Source of the DNA: Wickerhamiella versatilis
Lineage: Eukaryota
Direction of reading: 5' to 3'
DNA: 64,000 bases
Assembly (NCBI GenBank): GCA_030867685.1
Contig: JAQOWU010000001.1
Location: 558,001 to 622,000, forward strand
This document shows positions 10,710-19,544 of the stretch, one piece after another (the first letter of the stretch is position 1; every line of letters starts with the position of its first letter). A program made the translations under genes and the position numbers. The notes under the pieces are model-generated. The model worked only from the letters and a program-made list of their open reading frames with translations. It was not told where the DNA came from and searched no databases.

Positions 10710-10909
10710 GGTGCAGATTGAAGCGAATGATAACTACCCTTGCCCATGCGGCTGATAACCGCGTCTTGTTTCACAGAAGGACCTTAAAGCTACCATCTTG
10801 GGATCAATGAAGACTCGAAGATGGATTATGGGGCTAAGCTCAGCCTAGCCGATAATATAGCACCAACTAGTTTGACGAAAATAGCACCGTTTATAAGGAG
10901 CCCAACGAA

Positions 10910-12520
10910 CTAGACTACGCTGTCCCCGCTAAAAAATCCAGCTAATTTACTGGCAAAAGTTTTTATCTTGTCATCATTTTTTGCTTCAAGATCTGGTGGA
11001 TACGCCATGCGACCTGTTTCGAGGTCTACTTTATCGGCCGGTACCCACATTGGGCTTCGAGTCCGCCAATAAAAGTAAATTCTCCCGAAACAATAAATAA
11101 ACACCAAGGCCACTATAGATACGAAGTTAGCAAAGAAATTTTTCGGCGACGGCTTGTCTCCTAGTGGGAATAGAGAAATGTAGAACTGAATGATTACGAT
11201 TAAAATGCACCAGGCAAGCCCATAGTAAGAGCCAAGAATCGTACCCCATCCCTTCCATGGAAGCTCCTTTAAGCTTCGACCCTGAGCCTTCCACGCGGAT
11301 CGCATACGGATGTGGCAAATAAAGATTGAACCCCAGACCCAGAGGGTACACAAGCTCGTCAAATTTGAGAACCAGGTGAACACATTAGCACCTGTCTCAG
11401 ACACATTAAGGTAGCTTAATCCGCCACCAAACACTATAATTGACAATATGCTTGCCCAAGGACGCCCTTGTTTGTCGGTCTTTGTAAATATTTTGGGCGC
11501 CAATCCTAGTTTGGCCATACCAATGAGCTGGCGAGAGCCTCCGTATGCCTGGGCACAAGCTGCAGACAATGCACTTATAAGTATGATAGCATTCATGGCG
11601 TCACCAAGTCGTTGGATATTCGGTTTGTCTTTGAACGCTATCACAAATGGAGAGGCATTATTACCGGTATCTATGGAGCCTCCAAACAATTGCTTGTTAT
11701 TTGGGTCAACCGATATCGTTATCATGAGAGATCCGATAATGTAGAAAAGTCCCAAGCGTAGAAACACTGAATTGACTGTAGGAGGCACTGACCGGCGAGG
11801 GTTCTTCACCTCTGCCGCTGAAATAGCTACGAACTCCGAACCAGCAATAGCAAATATACAGGTTGTAAATACACTCAGTAGGCCCTTGAATCCATTGGTA
11901 AAGGCATCAACATTCCAGTAGTGGAAGCCAATGTGGTTGCTAGCGGACACATAGATACATCCGCCAATCACCACAAAAATCCACATTAATTTCACAGCAC
12001 TCATTATAGACTCTACCTCACCGAATATATTGGAGGGAAATACAGAAATGATAACCACATACACTAGGAAGATGGTCAGCCATGCGCCTGTGGGCACTTT
12101 ATCTGTCCAGTAACTGACAGCCGTGGTACAGCCCTGAAGTTCGTTAGCTAATGTGATTGTGAAGGAGAAAAAATAACTGTACCCTAGGGTAGTCGCAGCA
12201 GCTGGGTCGAGGAACTTTACGCACCATTGAGGGAATGGAGATGGGACGGGATATAGAACTGCTAGTTCACCAGCGGCTAGACATAAGAAACACACAATAG
12301 AGGCAGCTATACAGTATCCAATAAATATCGCAGCGGGGCCACCATTGTGCAAAGAGCTACCTGCTCCAAGCCACAATCCCATTCCTACCGAGTTCCCTAC
12401 GCATATCCATAGAAGATGCCGAGTTTTCATATGGCGTTTTAGACCTTGGTCGTCTTCAACAATACCTGAATCGAAATCCTTTTCTTCGATAACTACCTGT
12501 TGTTTCTTGTCCGGTTCCAT
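10910..12520 (-). CDS. Amino acid permease (APC/YAT family), copy 2 (tandem paralog)
   Basis: Collinear with and highly similar to 9084-10709, e.g. shared LANELQGCTTAVSYWTDKVPTGAWLTIFLVY. Confidence 0.93.
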   Translation of the reverse strand: MEPDKKQQVVIEEKDFDSGIVEDDQGLKRHMKTRHLLWICVGNSVGMGLWLGAGSSLHNGGPAAIFIGYCIAASIVCFLCLAAGELAVLYPVPSPFPQWCVKFLDPAAATTLGYSYFFSFTITLANELQGCTTAVSYWTDKVPTGAWLTIFLVYVVIISVFPSNIFGEVESIMSAVKLMWIFVVIGGCIYVSASNHIGFHYWNVDAFTNGFKGLLSVFTTCIFAIAGSEFVAISAAEVKNPRRSVPPTVNSVFLRLGLFYIIGSLMITISVDPNNKQLFGGSIDTGNNASPFVIAFKDKPNIQRLGDAMNAIILISALSAACAQAYGGSRQLIGMAKLGLAPKIFTKTDKQGRPWASILSIIVFGGGLSYLNVSETGANVFTWFSNLTSLCTLWVWGSIFICHIRMRSAWKAQGRSLKELPWKGWGTILGSYYGLAWCILIVIIQFYISLFPLGDKPSPKNFFANFVSIVALVFIYCFGRIYFYWRTRSPMWVPADKVDLETGRMAYPPDLEAKNDDKIKTFASKLAGFFSGDSVV

Positions 12521-12530
12521 TGTTGCTACA

Positions 12531-12607
12531 GATAATTATCAAGGTTCCTTTTATGAGAGATAATCGCAACTAAACCTAGCCTTGGTTGATTAATGAGGAA
12601 AGATAAG
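12531..12607. promoter_or_regulatory. GATAA cluster (possible GATA/nitrogen-catabolite sites) upstream of permease 2
   Basis: GATAA at about 12531, 12559 and 12602; similar GATAA sites at about 10729, 10754 and 10851 upstream of permease 1. Confidence 0.4.
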
Positions 12608-12858
12608 CTAGGTTGCATCGGATTAATTTACCACGTAGTCTTAGAAATTCTGTGCCCAGCAATACAGGAAATTTTTATAGCAGGCGCTTTAAAAGTTCGC
12701 CACATTCATAGGCGATGATGATGCGACATCATCCATCACCCTGTTCAGATTTTGGTGCCGTACAATGACTAAAAATGGGCAAAGATAAGCCCTTAGAACC
12801 CGGTAATTTTTTACTTCGAGCCATCCCCCGTGTATTAGTTAATTTCTCCTTGTTAAAT

Positions 12859-14823
12859 ATGAATGCACCAATTCTTGGAAGCGCATGGTACCCGGAGCAA
12901 TGGCCAGAATCTGTATGGGAGAGCGACTTAAAGTGGATGCAGGAAGCCCATGTCAAAGTTTTACGAATTGGCGAATTTGCTTGGAGTTCTATGGAACCTA
13001 AGGAAGGAGAATATGATCTTGACTGGTTGGAAGCAGCGCTGGATGCCGCTGCTCGCTATGGCATGACAGTTGTTTTAGGGACACCAACACCAACTCCTCC
13101 TGTGTGGTTGACGACAAAGTATCCAGATACTTTAAATGTTAACGATCATGGGGTCAGAGCTGAGCATGGTAATCGTCAGCAATTTTCTTTCGCAAGTAGT
13201 CGCTATCGAGAGCTTGCCTATAAAATTGTGCAACAGCTGGCACGCCGGTTTGGCAATCATCCCGCAGTCATTGGTTGGCAAATAGATAACGAAATTTCCG
13301 ATATATCTTTTGATTCCGAGACAAAATCCCAATTCAGAGCTTGGCTGAAGTCACGATATGGCGCAATAGATATTCTGAATGACTGTTGGGCCAACAAGTA
13401 TTGGAGCATGACTTACGATAATTTTGAACAAATACCAGTTCATGAGAGTGATCAAAACCCTGCATTGCTTCTAGATTGGAAAAGATTTGTCACTTATACA
13501 TGGAAATCGTATCTCAATAATCAGATTAGTGCTATTCGGGAAAGTAGTGATCCCCGCCATTTTGTAACCACAAACACAATGGGTTGGTTTACTGGTTTCG
13601 ATGCCTATATTGTACACGAACCTCTTGATATCGCGGCGTGGGATAACTATGTCGAAAATGAAGCATATGACTGGATGGATACTGCCTGCCGCCATGACCT
13701 GACCCGAGGCTTTAAGAATAAAAACTTCTGGGTAATGGAAACTGCACCCGGTTTTGCCAATTGGAAGCCTACTAATGTTGCATTGCGTAAAGGTCTTATG
13801 AGAAACATGGCCTGGCAAGCTATCGCACATGGCTCAGACGCCGTTCTTTATTGGCAGATGCGCAGCGCACCAAATGGCCATGAAACGTACCATGCCACTC
13901 TTCTAGGTGCTGATGGAACCCCAGTTCCGGGTTACTATGAAATCCAGCAATTGGGCGCCGAATTTGGCAAAGCAAGTAGAGCATTAGATGGAACATTTCC
14001 GTGTGGCAAGGTGGCAGTTATACACGACTATGAAAGCCGATGGGCAATCAATTTCCAGAAACATGCTGAGAAATTTGATCCTTTTATTGAAATGAAAGCA
14101 TTTTATACTCCACTAAGATCACAGGCCCAAGCCGTGGATATCATTTCCCCAACCACCGACCTTGCCCCATACAAGCTTGTTGTTGCACCTGCACTGAACA
14201 TACTTTCTGATGAGGTAGCTAGCAAACTTGAAGCATATGTCATGAGTGGCGGGCACTTGGTTCTCGGTCCTCGAAGTGGAATGAAAAATGTTCATAACGG
14301 ACTGCAACCTGCGCGGCAGCCTGGTCCACTAGTTGGTTTGCTTGGTGGAAGAGTAGAGCAATTTTATGCCCTTAATACTGAAGTGCCAGTGAAGGGTGCC
14401 CTAGGGAGCGGCACGGCTAATATCTGGGCAGAGCTTCTGCGAGAATTATTGCCTGACACAAAGGCGGTGCTGCGCTATGGCATGTCAAATGGTTGGCTGG
14501 ATAATCAACCAGCGGTTCTGACAAGACAGGTTGGTAGGGGAAGAATTACTTACGTTGGAGCATGGCTCGATAATGACCTGCTAAGCAGTCTTGTGCGTAC
14601 TTGGCTGCATGATGCGGAAATACGACCATATATTCCACAAGTCCCTAAAGACGTCGAAATTTCTTGCCGTACAGATGGGATTCGCCATATTTTGATCCTT
14701 ATCAGCCACAGCTATGCAACCAGAAGGGTTTGCCTTCCCCAGCCAATGTATTCTATACTTACTGATGAAGAGGAGACCACTGAAATAGTACTGGAGCCAT
14801 TTGAGGTCTTCATCTTGGTGTGA
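12859..14823 (+). CDS. GH42 beta-galactosidase, bacterial type (probable HGT)
   Basis: AWYPEQWP, RIGEFAWSSMEP, WQIDNE (acid/base), FWVMET (nucleophile), AIAHGSDAVLYWQMR, trimerisation domain; probable start is ATG 12859 (an upstream in-frame ATG exists at 12775). Confidence 0.93.
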   Translation: MNAPILGSAWYPEQWPESVWESDLKWMQEAHVKVLRIGEFAWSSMEPKEGEYDLDWLEAALDAAARYGMTVVLGTPTPTPPVWLTTKYPDTLNVNDHGVRAEHGNRQQFSFASSRYRELAYKIVQQLARRFGNHPAVIGWQIDNEISDISFDSETKSQFRAWLKSRYGAIDILNDCWANKYWSMTYDNFEQIPVHESDQNPALLLDWKRFVTYTWKSYLNNQISAIRESSDPRHFVTTNTMGWFTGFDAYIVHEPLDIAAWDNYVENEAYDWMDTACRHDLTRGFKNKNFWVMETAPGFANWKPTNVALRKGLMRNMAWQAIAHGSDAVLYWQMRSAPNGHETYHATLLGADGTPVPGYYEIQQLGAEFGKASRALDGTFPCGKVAVIHDYESRWAINFQKHAEKFDPFIEMKAFYTPLRSQAQAVDIISPTTDLAPYKLVVAPALNILSDEVASKLEAYVMSGGHLVLGPRSGMKNVHNGLQPARQPGPLVGLLGGRVEQFYALNTEVPVKGALGSGTANIWAELLRELLPDTKAVLRYGMSNGWLDNQPAVLTRQVGRGRITYVGAWLDNDLLSSLVRTWLHDAEIRPYIPQVPKDVEISCRTDGIRHILILISHSYATRRVCLPQPMYSILTDEEETTEIVLEPFEVFILV

Positions 14824-14940
14824 TTGATATTACAGAGAATACGGATACCGCTGTTTTTACATTCTGCTTTGGGGTCCTCGAATCTCGAAATGTGTTTTGG
14901 TCACGTGGATGCTATCATGGAGCCATGCTAGCAACAAGTA

Positions 14941-15498
14941 CAGCTTAATTTGACATTATAAAATTAGGATTATTTGTGGTGATCTTAAGTCCAAACATTA
15001 AGAATGATAAGCTCCCTTGCCCAGATAGCTGATAACGGCGACCTGTTTCACAGAGGACCCTACTCCCAGACGAGATGTCTAGAGACTGGATATCTTGCAA
15101 TATGTTCCCATCAGTATTTATTTCCGTGATGAAGCCAGCCTTCTACCCACGACAACCACTTAACAATTGAAAATGGCGATCAATCGATCGATATGCTCTA
15201 TCTTCTTCCTTTTCCTCTCTTCCTAGCCTAATTGATGGTAACATAAGTCGAGTACAGAGCGTTTCAGGGGATTTGTGGCGCTACACATTCTCGTCACGGG
15301 GCTGTTATTGGCAGAGCCATGATTAAGCATGTATATAGGGACTGAAACCAACGGTGCTGCAATTATTAGGGTGCTAAGTCTAGAGGTAATGGCGTTTAAT
15401 GAAGTACATTTACAATAAAGAAGTAAGGAATTTTAGCAGAACTTTGAGAAGGATATGCAGCTTAATTTAACATTATAAAATTAGGATTACGTATGGTG
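14941..15498 (+). repeat. Imperfect 41-bp direct repeats at 14941-14981 and 15458-15498
   Basis: cagcttaatttgacattataaaattaggattatttgtggtg vs cagcttaatttaacattataaaattaggattacgtatggtg. Confidence 0.85.
15002..15062 (+). repeat. Diverged copy of the permease-1 upstream region (10725-10786)
   Basis: gaatgataa..cccttgccca....gctgataac.gcg...tgtttcacaga(a)ggacc.ta is shared by both sites. Confidence 0.8.
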
Positions 15499-15715
15499 TT
15501 CCACCGATCAAGTCTAATGTAGAGAAAAGCATCAAAAGCGAACACTCTAGAGTCCGCTACAGTTTTAGAGTATGCGGTGGTAATGGTTACACCACATGCT
15601 TATCGATCGGTGGGTCGGGTTAGGGTTGATAAATTGGCGGGACCACCGCGCGGTGTAGCACTTGGTGGGGCGGGGTGTGTATATAATAGGTCGCGTCCTG
15701 TCGCGACTTAGCAAC

Positions 15716-18700
15716 ATGTCTGACCCCAAGTATCGGCGTGACCTGTACAAGTGCCGGTCAGAGGATGACCATATTGAGAAAGAGGGCGACGAGTACGTGT
15801 GTGGATTTGAAGGATGTGGGAAGCGGTTCTCGTCAAAAAGCCTCAACATTGCGCGGCACCATGTGCTCAGTTCCCATATGGGGGGCACGAGGTACCAGTG
15901 CACACAGTGCGACAACTCGTATGCGACCCCCAGCGCTTTGGAGAAGCATATGAAGGGTGTCCACGACAACAATCGAATCATGTGCGACGAGTGCAACCGC
16001 AGCGTTGCGGACTTAGCCGAGTTGGAACGCCACAAAAAGCGTAACCACTCCGGACCAAGTGAGCCCAAGTACCGGCGGAAGGGCCACTACGGAACGCAGC
16101 CAGAGGATGATCGCATTGAAAAGTTGGAGACAGGGTGGTACAAGTGCCAGCAGTGTCCTCAAAGGTTTTCGCCGAAAGACCTCCATCATGCCCGGAAACA
16201 TGTAGTTCGCCATGGGCCTGGCGAGCCTCGGAACGTACAGGAGGAGGAGGTTGTCCCTCCACCGTCCGAACCGTCAGTCTGGAGAGGCGGACCTCTCTCC
16301 TCATCACGCAATACGAATTCCAGAAGATCCGCTGGTGGAGGAGCGGCACCTGGAACCAGTGCCCATCGGTTCAATTGGGCAGCTTGGTTAAATCGTGGTG
16401 GACCAGACGGACCAAGCCCAAGCGGAGCAGGAGTGCCAAGCCTAAGCGGACTAGGAATGCCAGGTGGACCAGTGTCAGGTGGACCAGTGTCAGGTGGACC
16501 AGTGTCAGGAGTAACAAGCGAACCGGGCGGACTAGGAATGTCAAGCCCAGGCGAACCAGGAATTTCAAGTGGACCGGTGACAGGAGTGCCAAGTCCAAGC
16601 AGACTAGAAATGTCAAGTGGATCAGTGTCAAGCGGTATAGGAATGTCAAGTGGACCAGGCGAACCAGGAGTGTCAAGCCCAAGCGGGCTAGTGTCAAGCG
16701 AACCGGGAAGCTCTAAACTACCCGAAACATTTGGTTTCTATTTAGAAGACCAACATCTTGCGTTCAAAGACTCCCAGTACCATTGCTCATTCGACAATTG
16801 CACGAGGAAGTTCTCGCTCGCTGCTCTGTCCAAGGCCCGGGAGCATGTCAAGAGCACGCACCTCATACATCGTACATTCCAATGCATCGAGTGTGACCAG
16901 TCTTTCGATGGTATCGGCAGCTTTGAGCGGCACATGACTACGGTGCATCTGGGAAAAAAGTTTGCCTGTACCCAGTGCGATAAGAAGTATGCCGACAAGG
17001 GCGGGCTCGACCGGCATGTCCGCCGTGATCATCTCGGGACTGAGGGGCGAAAGTACCAGCGCAAGGGCCCGTTCAAGACCCAGCCGGAGGACGCGTACCT
17101 TGAAAAGCCCGGAGAAAAGTACCTGTGCACCTACGACGGATGCACGCGCCAGTTCTCCAAAAAGGACCTGCACAAGGCCCGCAACCATGTGGAGTTTATC
17201 CATCTCGGTCGCGGGAAGTTCCAGTGTCCTGTGGATGGATGTGATAAGGAGTACGTTGATAAGGCTGGCCTTGACACGCATACAAAAGTTGTACACCAGC
17301 ATCGAGAGTTTCAGTGCAGCGAATGCGACAGAAAATTCGGATATCAAAGCTCACTGGACCACCATATCAAGCTGGACCATAAAGGAGAGTTTTTACAATG
17401 CACCGAGTGCCCTAATACTTACAGGACGGTTAGTGGGTTGCAGAAGCATATATTCTCTGCCCACACCGACCAGAAGGCACATTGCTCGCAGTGCCCGCAA
17501 GAGTTTGCGGATTTGGGCTCATTAGGTAGGCATTTTAAGATAGCCCATACCTCCGACAAGGTCTATGCGCAGTGCCAATGCGGTAGGGAGTTCCAGACGG
17601 TGAGGGACCTGAACAAGCATGTGGAGCGCAAGAAGGAGTCGGCGCCTGACCAAGAACATGGCCGTCTTAATTTGGAGGACCGCTTGAGCGTCAAGGCGGA
17701 GGCGTTCAGTTCGGAAACCAAGGTCATCACTGCCAAAGGCAATGCGAAGTATGTGTGGGAGCTAGCAGAAGGCGAGGCTATCCAGTGCGGCAAAGGGAAA
17801 ATCGGCCATGTGAAAGAGGTACGGGGCTATGAGGGGAAAGGATATAGCGTGCTGCAAGTCACTAACCATCTTCTTGAGCCCTTGCATCCAGTGGACCTCG
17901 AGCGGTCGGACAGCGAGCTCCAGCTGCTATTTGGCAAGGCCGGGTTTGAAGGGGTACTTGAGAAGCCAGAAAGTGTGGAGGAAGGCCAGTCGTGGGGCGC
18001 CATGCTGCAGGTCGCGCCGACGATGGGCCGGCCAACAAGTGGGTGGTTCCGGCAGTTGTGTGAGGATAACGGGTTTAGTGGTGACCAGGTGTATGACGCG
18101 GCGTGGATCCTAGGCCTGTGGATAGGTGATGGTGCGTGGGACCGTCTCGATATTTGTTGCAATGCAGTTGATACGCAGGAAATCGAGCGTATTGTGGAGG
18201 CCGGCAAACGGCTAGGCTTCAAACCGGTTCTCAGGGAAAAGATTGTCACGGATAACCCCAAGCGAGAAGAGCCCTATGTGTCTTGTGTAAATGTGGCGTT
18301 AACTACCGAGCCAGCATGTGCTCCGAACCCGATGTGGGATGTGATCATGCAGTCGGGGGCCTGTGGCATCACTGATGGTGACTGGAAAGTGTTCCCCTGG
18401 CAATTGATTTATGACGAGGTTGAAATTGTGACATGGGTTATGGCAGGATTGATTGATAGTGATGGATATGTACACGACTACAGTTGGTTGCAGGCGAGTA
18501 TCAAGACTATTTATCCCAAGTTACGCGACAACATTCTAGAGGCTGGCCGTCTGCTGGGATGGGGGTGGTCTACGTCGACAGTTCCAGAAGGCCGGAAGAT
18601 GATTTGGGGTAGGGAAGCTAATTGCAAGGAATCCTACACTGTCACTTTCACCGGCGACGACCTGTCGAAAACTCTGTCCAAGTGCAACAATGCTCACAAG

Positions 18701-19066
18701 ACGCGCGACCTGCGTCACGAGAAGTCTAGCCCGCGCAGAAAGTTCTTCATGATTTTGCCGCTCCTACGTTCCATAGTTGCATATGTGGTCGTGCTCGAGG
18801 ATGAGACTCACGTGATGCTCGAGAACGGGCTAGTCGTCCCAGTTGTGCACGACCCGGGAAAGGGGATACGTATCATAGAAGAAGATAGAGAGTACGAAAG
18901 AATGCTACTCGAGATCTATGGGCAGTGCGACGAGGAGGAGCGTACTGAGAGGAACGCCCAGCTGAGGCCGCTCAAACGTCAAGGAGTGGAGCGAACGGAA
19001 CGGGCCCTGAATGAGAGGCGAGAGATTGAGGCATCGCGGTCCGAGAATGGCAATCAATTTGCGTGA
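15716..19066 (+). CDS. C2H2 zinc-finger array fused to a VDE/HO-like Hint-LAGLIDADG endonuclease (splicing-deficient intein derivative)
   Basis: 12 complete plus 1 degenerate C2H2 fingers; AFSSETKVITAKG Hint-like start at 17702; ILGLWIGDG (about 18107-18133) and MAGLIDSDG (about 18440-18466); MLENGLVVPV intein-C-like end (about 18844). Confidence 0.9.
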   Translation: MSDPKYRRDLYKCRSEDDHIEKEGDEYVCGFEGCGKRFSSKSLNIARHHVLSSHMGGTRYQCTQCDNSYATPSALEKHMKGVHDNNRIMCDECNRSVADLAELERHKKRNHSGPSEPKYRRKGHYGTQPEDDRIEKLETGWYKCQQCPQRFSPKDLHHARKHVVRHGPGEPRNVQEEEVVPPPSEPSVWRGGPLSSSRNTNSRRSAGGGAAPGTSAHRFNWAAWLNRGGPDGPSPSGAGVPSLSGLGMPGGPVSGGPVSGGPVSGVTSEPGGLGMSSPGEPGISSGPVTGVPSPSRLEMSSGSVSSGIGMSSGPGEPGVSSPSGLVSSEPGSSKLPETFGFYLEDQHLAFKDSQYHCSFDNCTRKFSLAALSKAREHVKSTHLIHRTFQCIECDQSFDGIGSFERHMTTVHLGKKFACTQCDKKYADKGGLDRHVRRDHLGTEGRKYQRKGPFKTQPEDAYLEKPGEKYLCTYDGCTRQFSKKDLHKARNHVEFIHLGRGKFQCPVDGCDKEYVDKAGLDTHTKVVHQHREFQCSECDRKFGYQSSLDHHIKLDHKGEFLQCTECPNTYRTVSGLQKHIFSAHTDQKAHCSQCPQEFADLGSLGRHFKIAHTSDKVYAQCQCGREFQTVRDLNKHVERKKESAPDQEHGRLNLEDRLSVKAEAFSSETKVITAKGNAKYVWELAEGEAIQCGKGKIGHVKEVRGYEGKGYSVLQVTNHLLEPLHPVDLERSDSELQLLFGKAGFEGVLEKPESVEEGQSWGAMLQVAPTMGRPTSGWFRQLCEDNGFSGDQVYDAAWILGLWIGDGAWDRLDICCNAVDTQEIERIVEAGKRLGFKPVLREKIVTDNPKREEPYVSCVNVALTTEPACAPNPMWDVIMQSGACGITDGDWKVFPWQLIYDEVEIVTWVMAGLIDSDGYVHDYSWLQASIKTIYPKLRDNILEAGRLLGWGWSTSTVPEGRKMIWGREANCKESYTVTFTGDDLSKTLSKCNNAHKTRDLRHEKSSPRRKFFMILPLLRSIVAYVVVLEDETHVMLENGLVVPVVHDPGKGIRIIEEDREYERMLLEIYGQCDEEERTERNAQLRPLKRQGVERTERALNERREIEASRSENGNQFA
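16461..16509 (+). repeat. 15-bp tandem repeat x3 within a degenerate Gly/Pro/Ser minisatellite linker (about 16395-16715)
   Basis: caggtggaccagtgt x3 encoding GGPVS; recurring gtgtcaag, ggaccag and cgaaccagg units nearby. Confidence 0.85.
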
Positions 19067-19463
19067 CGGACGGAATAGAGCTTGGAAATAGGTAACTCCG
19101 CATTCTCTACCAGCTTGACCAAGAGAGGCGTGTAGAGTAGAGACCAGTGTCCAGCTGGGGTCTCTTCAACTTCAGGGAGTGGGGCAGGCGGAACGCACCC
19201 TAAACAGGGCTGCCACAGTCCTGATCAACCAGCATATCAATTTATCTTAGGTTTCTTTCTTTAAATTATCCCTTAGTAGTAATAGTTATATTGTGTTTCT
19301 AACATACATTTTATGTAACTGGCCTTTGTGGCCCAGTGGAAGGTGCCAATTTGTGGCCGTCTTGTGTAATAAACTTATGTAATACACATAATTGATTACA
19401 TTTGATCTGGTTCATGACTGGCTAATTCCGGATATTCTGAGTCAATGCTTAGTAATCGTCGAC

Positions 19464-19544
19464 GTCAAGGTGGCCGAGTGGTTAAGGCGCTAGCTTTAGG
19501 CGCTAGTATCTTCGGATTCGCGAGTTCGAATCTCGTCCTTGACA
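19464..19544 (+). tRNA. tRNA-Leu(TAG), intronless
   Basis: GTCAAGG/CCTTGAC acceptor stem, TGGCCGAGTGG, CTAGC-TT TAG GC-GCTAG, long variable arm, GTTCGAATC, poly-T downstream. Confidence 0.95.

Noticed and set aside
17702-18844. Canonical active intein within a host gene
   Set aside because: No Cys/Ser1, no terminal Asn, no C/S/T at +1, and the flanks are not a conserved host protein.
15716-19066. HO ortholog, retrotransposon or Helitron
   Set aside because: Finger type and domain order differ from HO; no RT, integrase, transposase or RepHel motifs.
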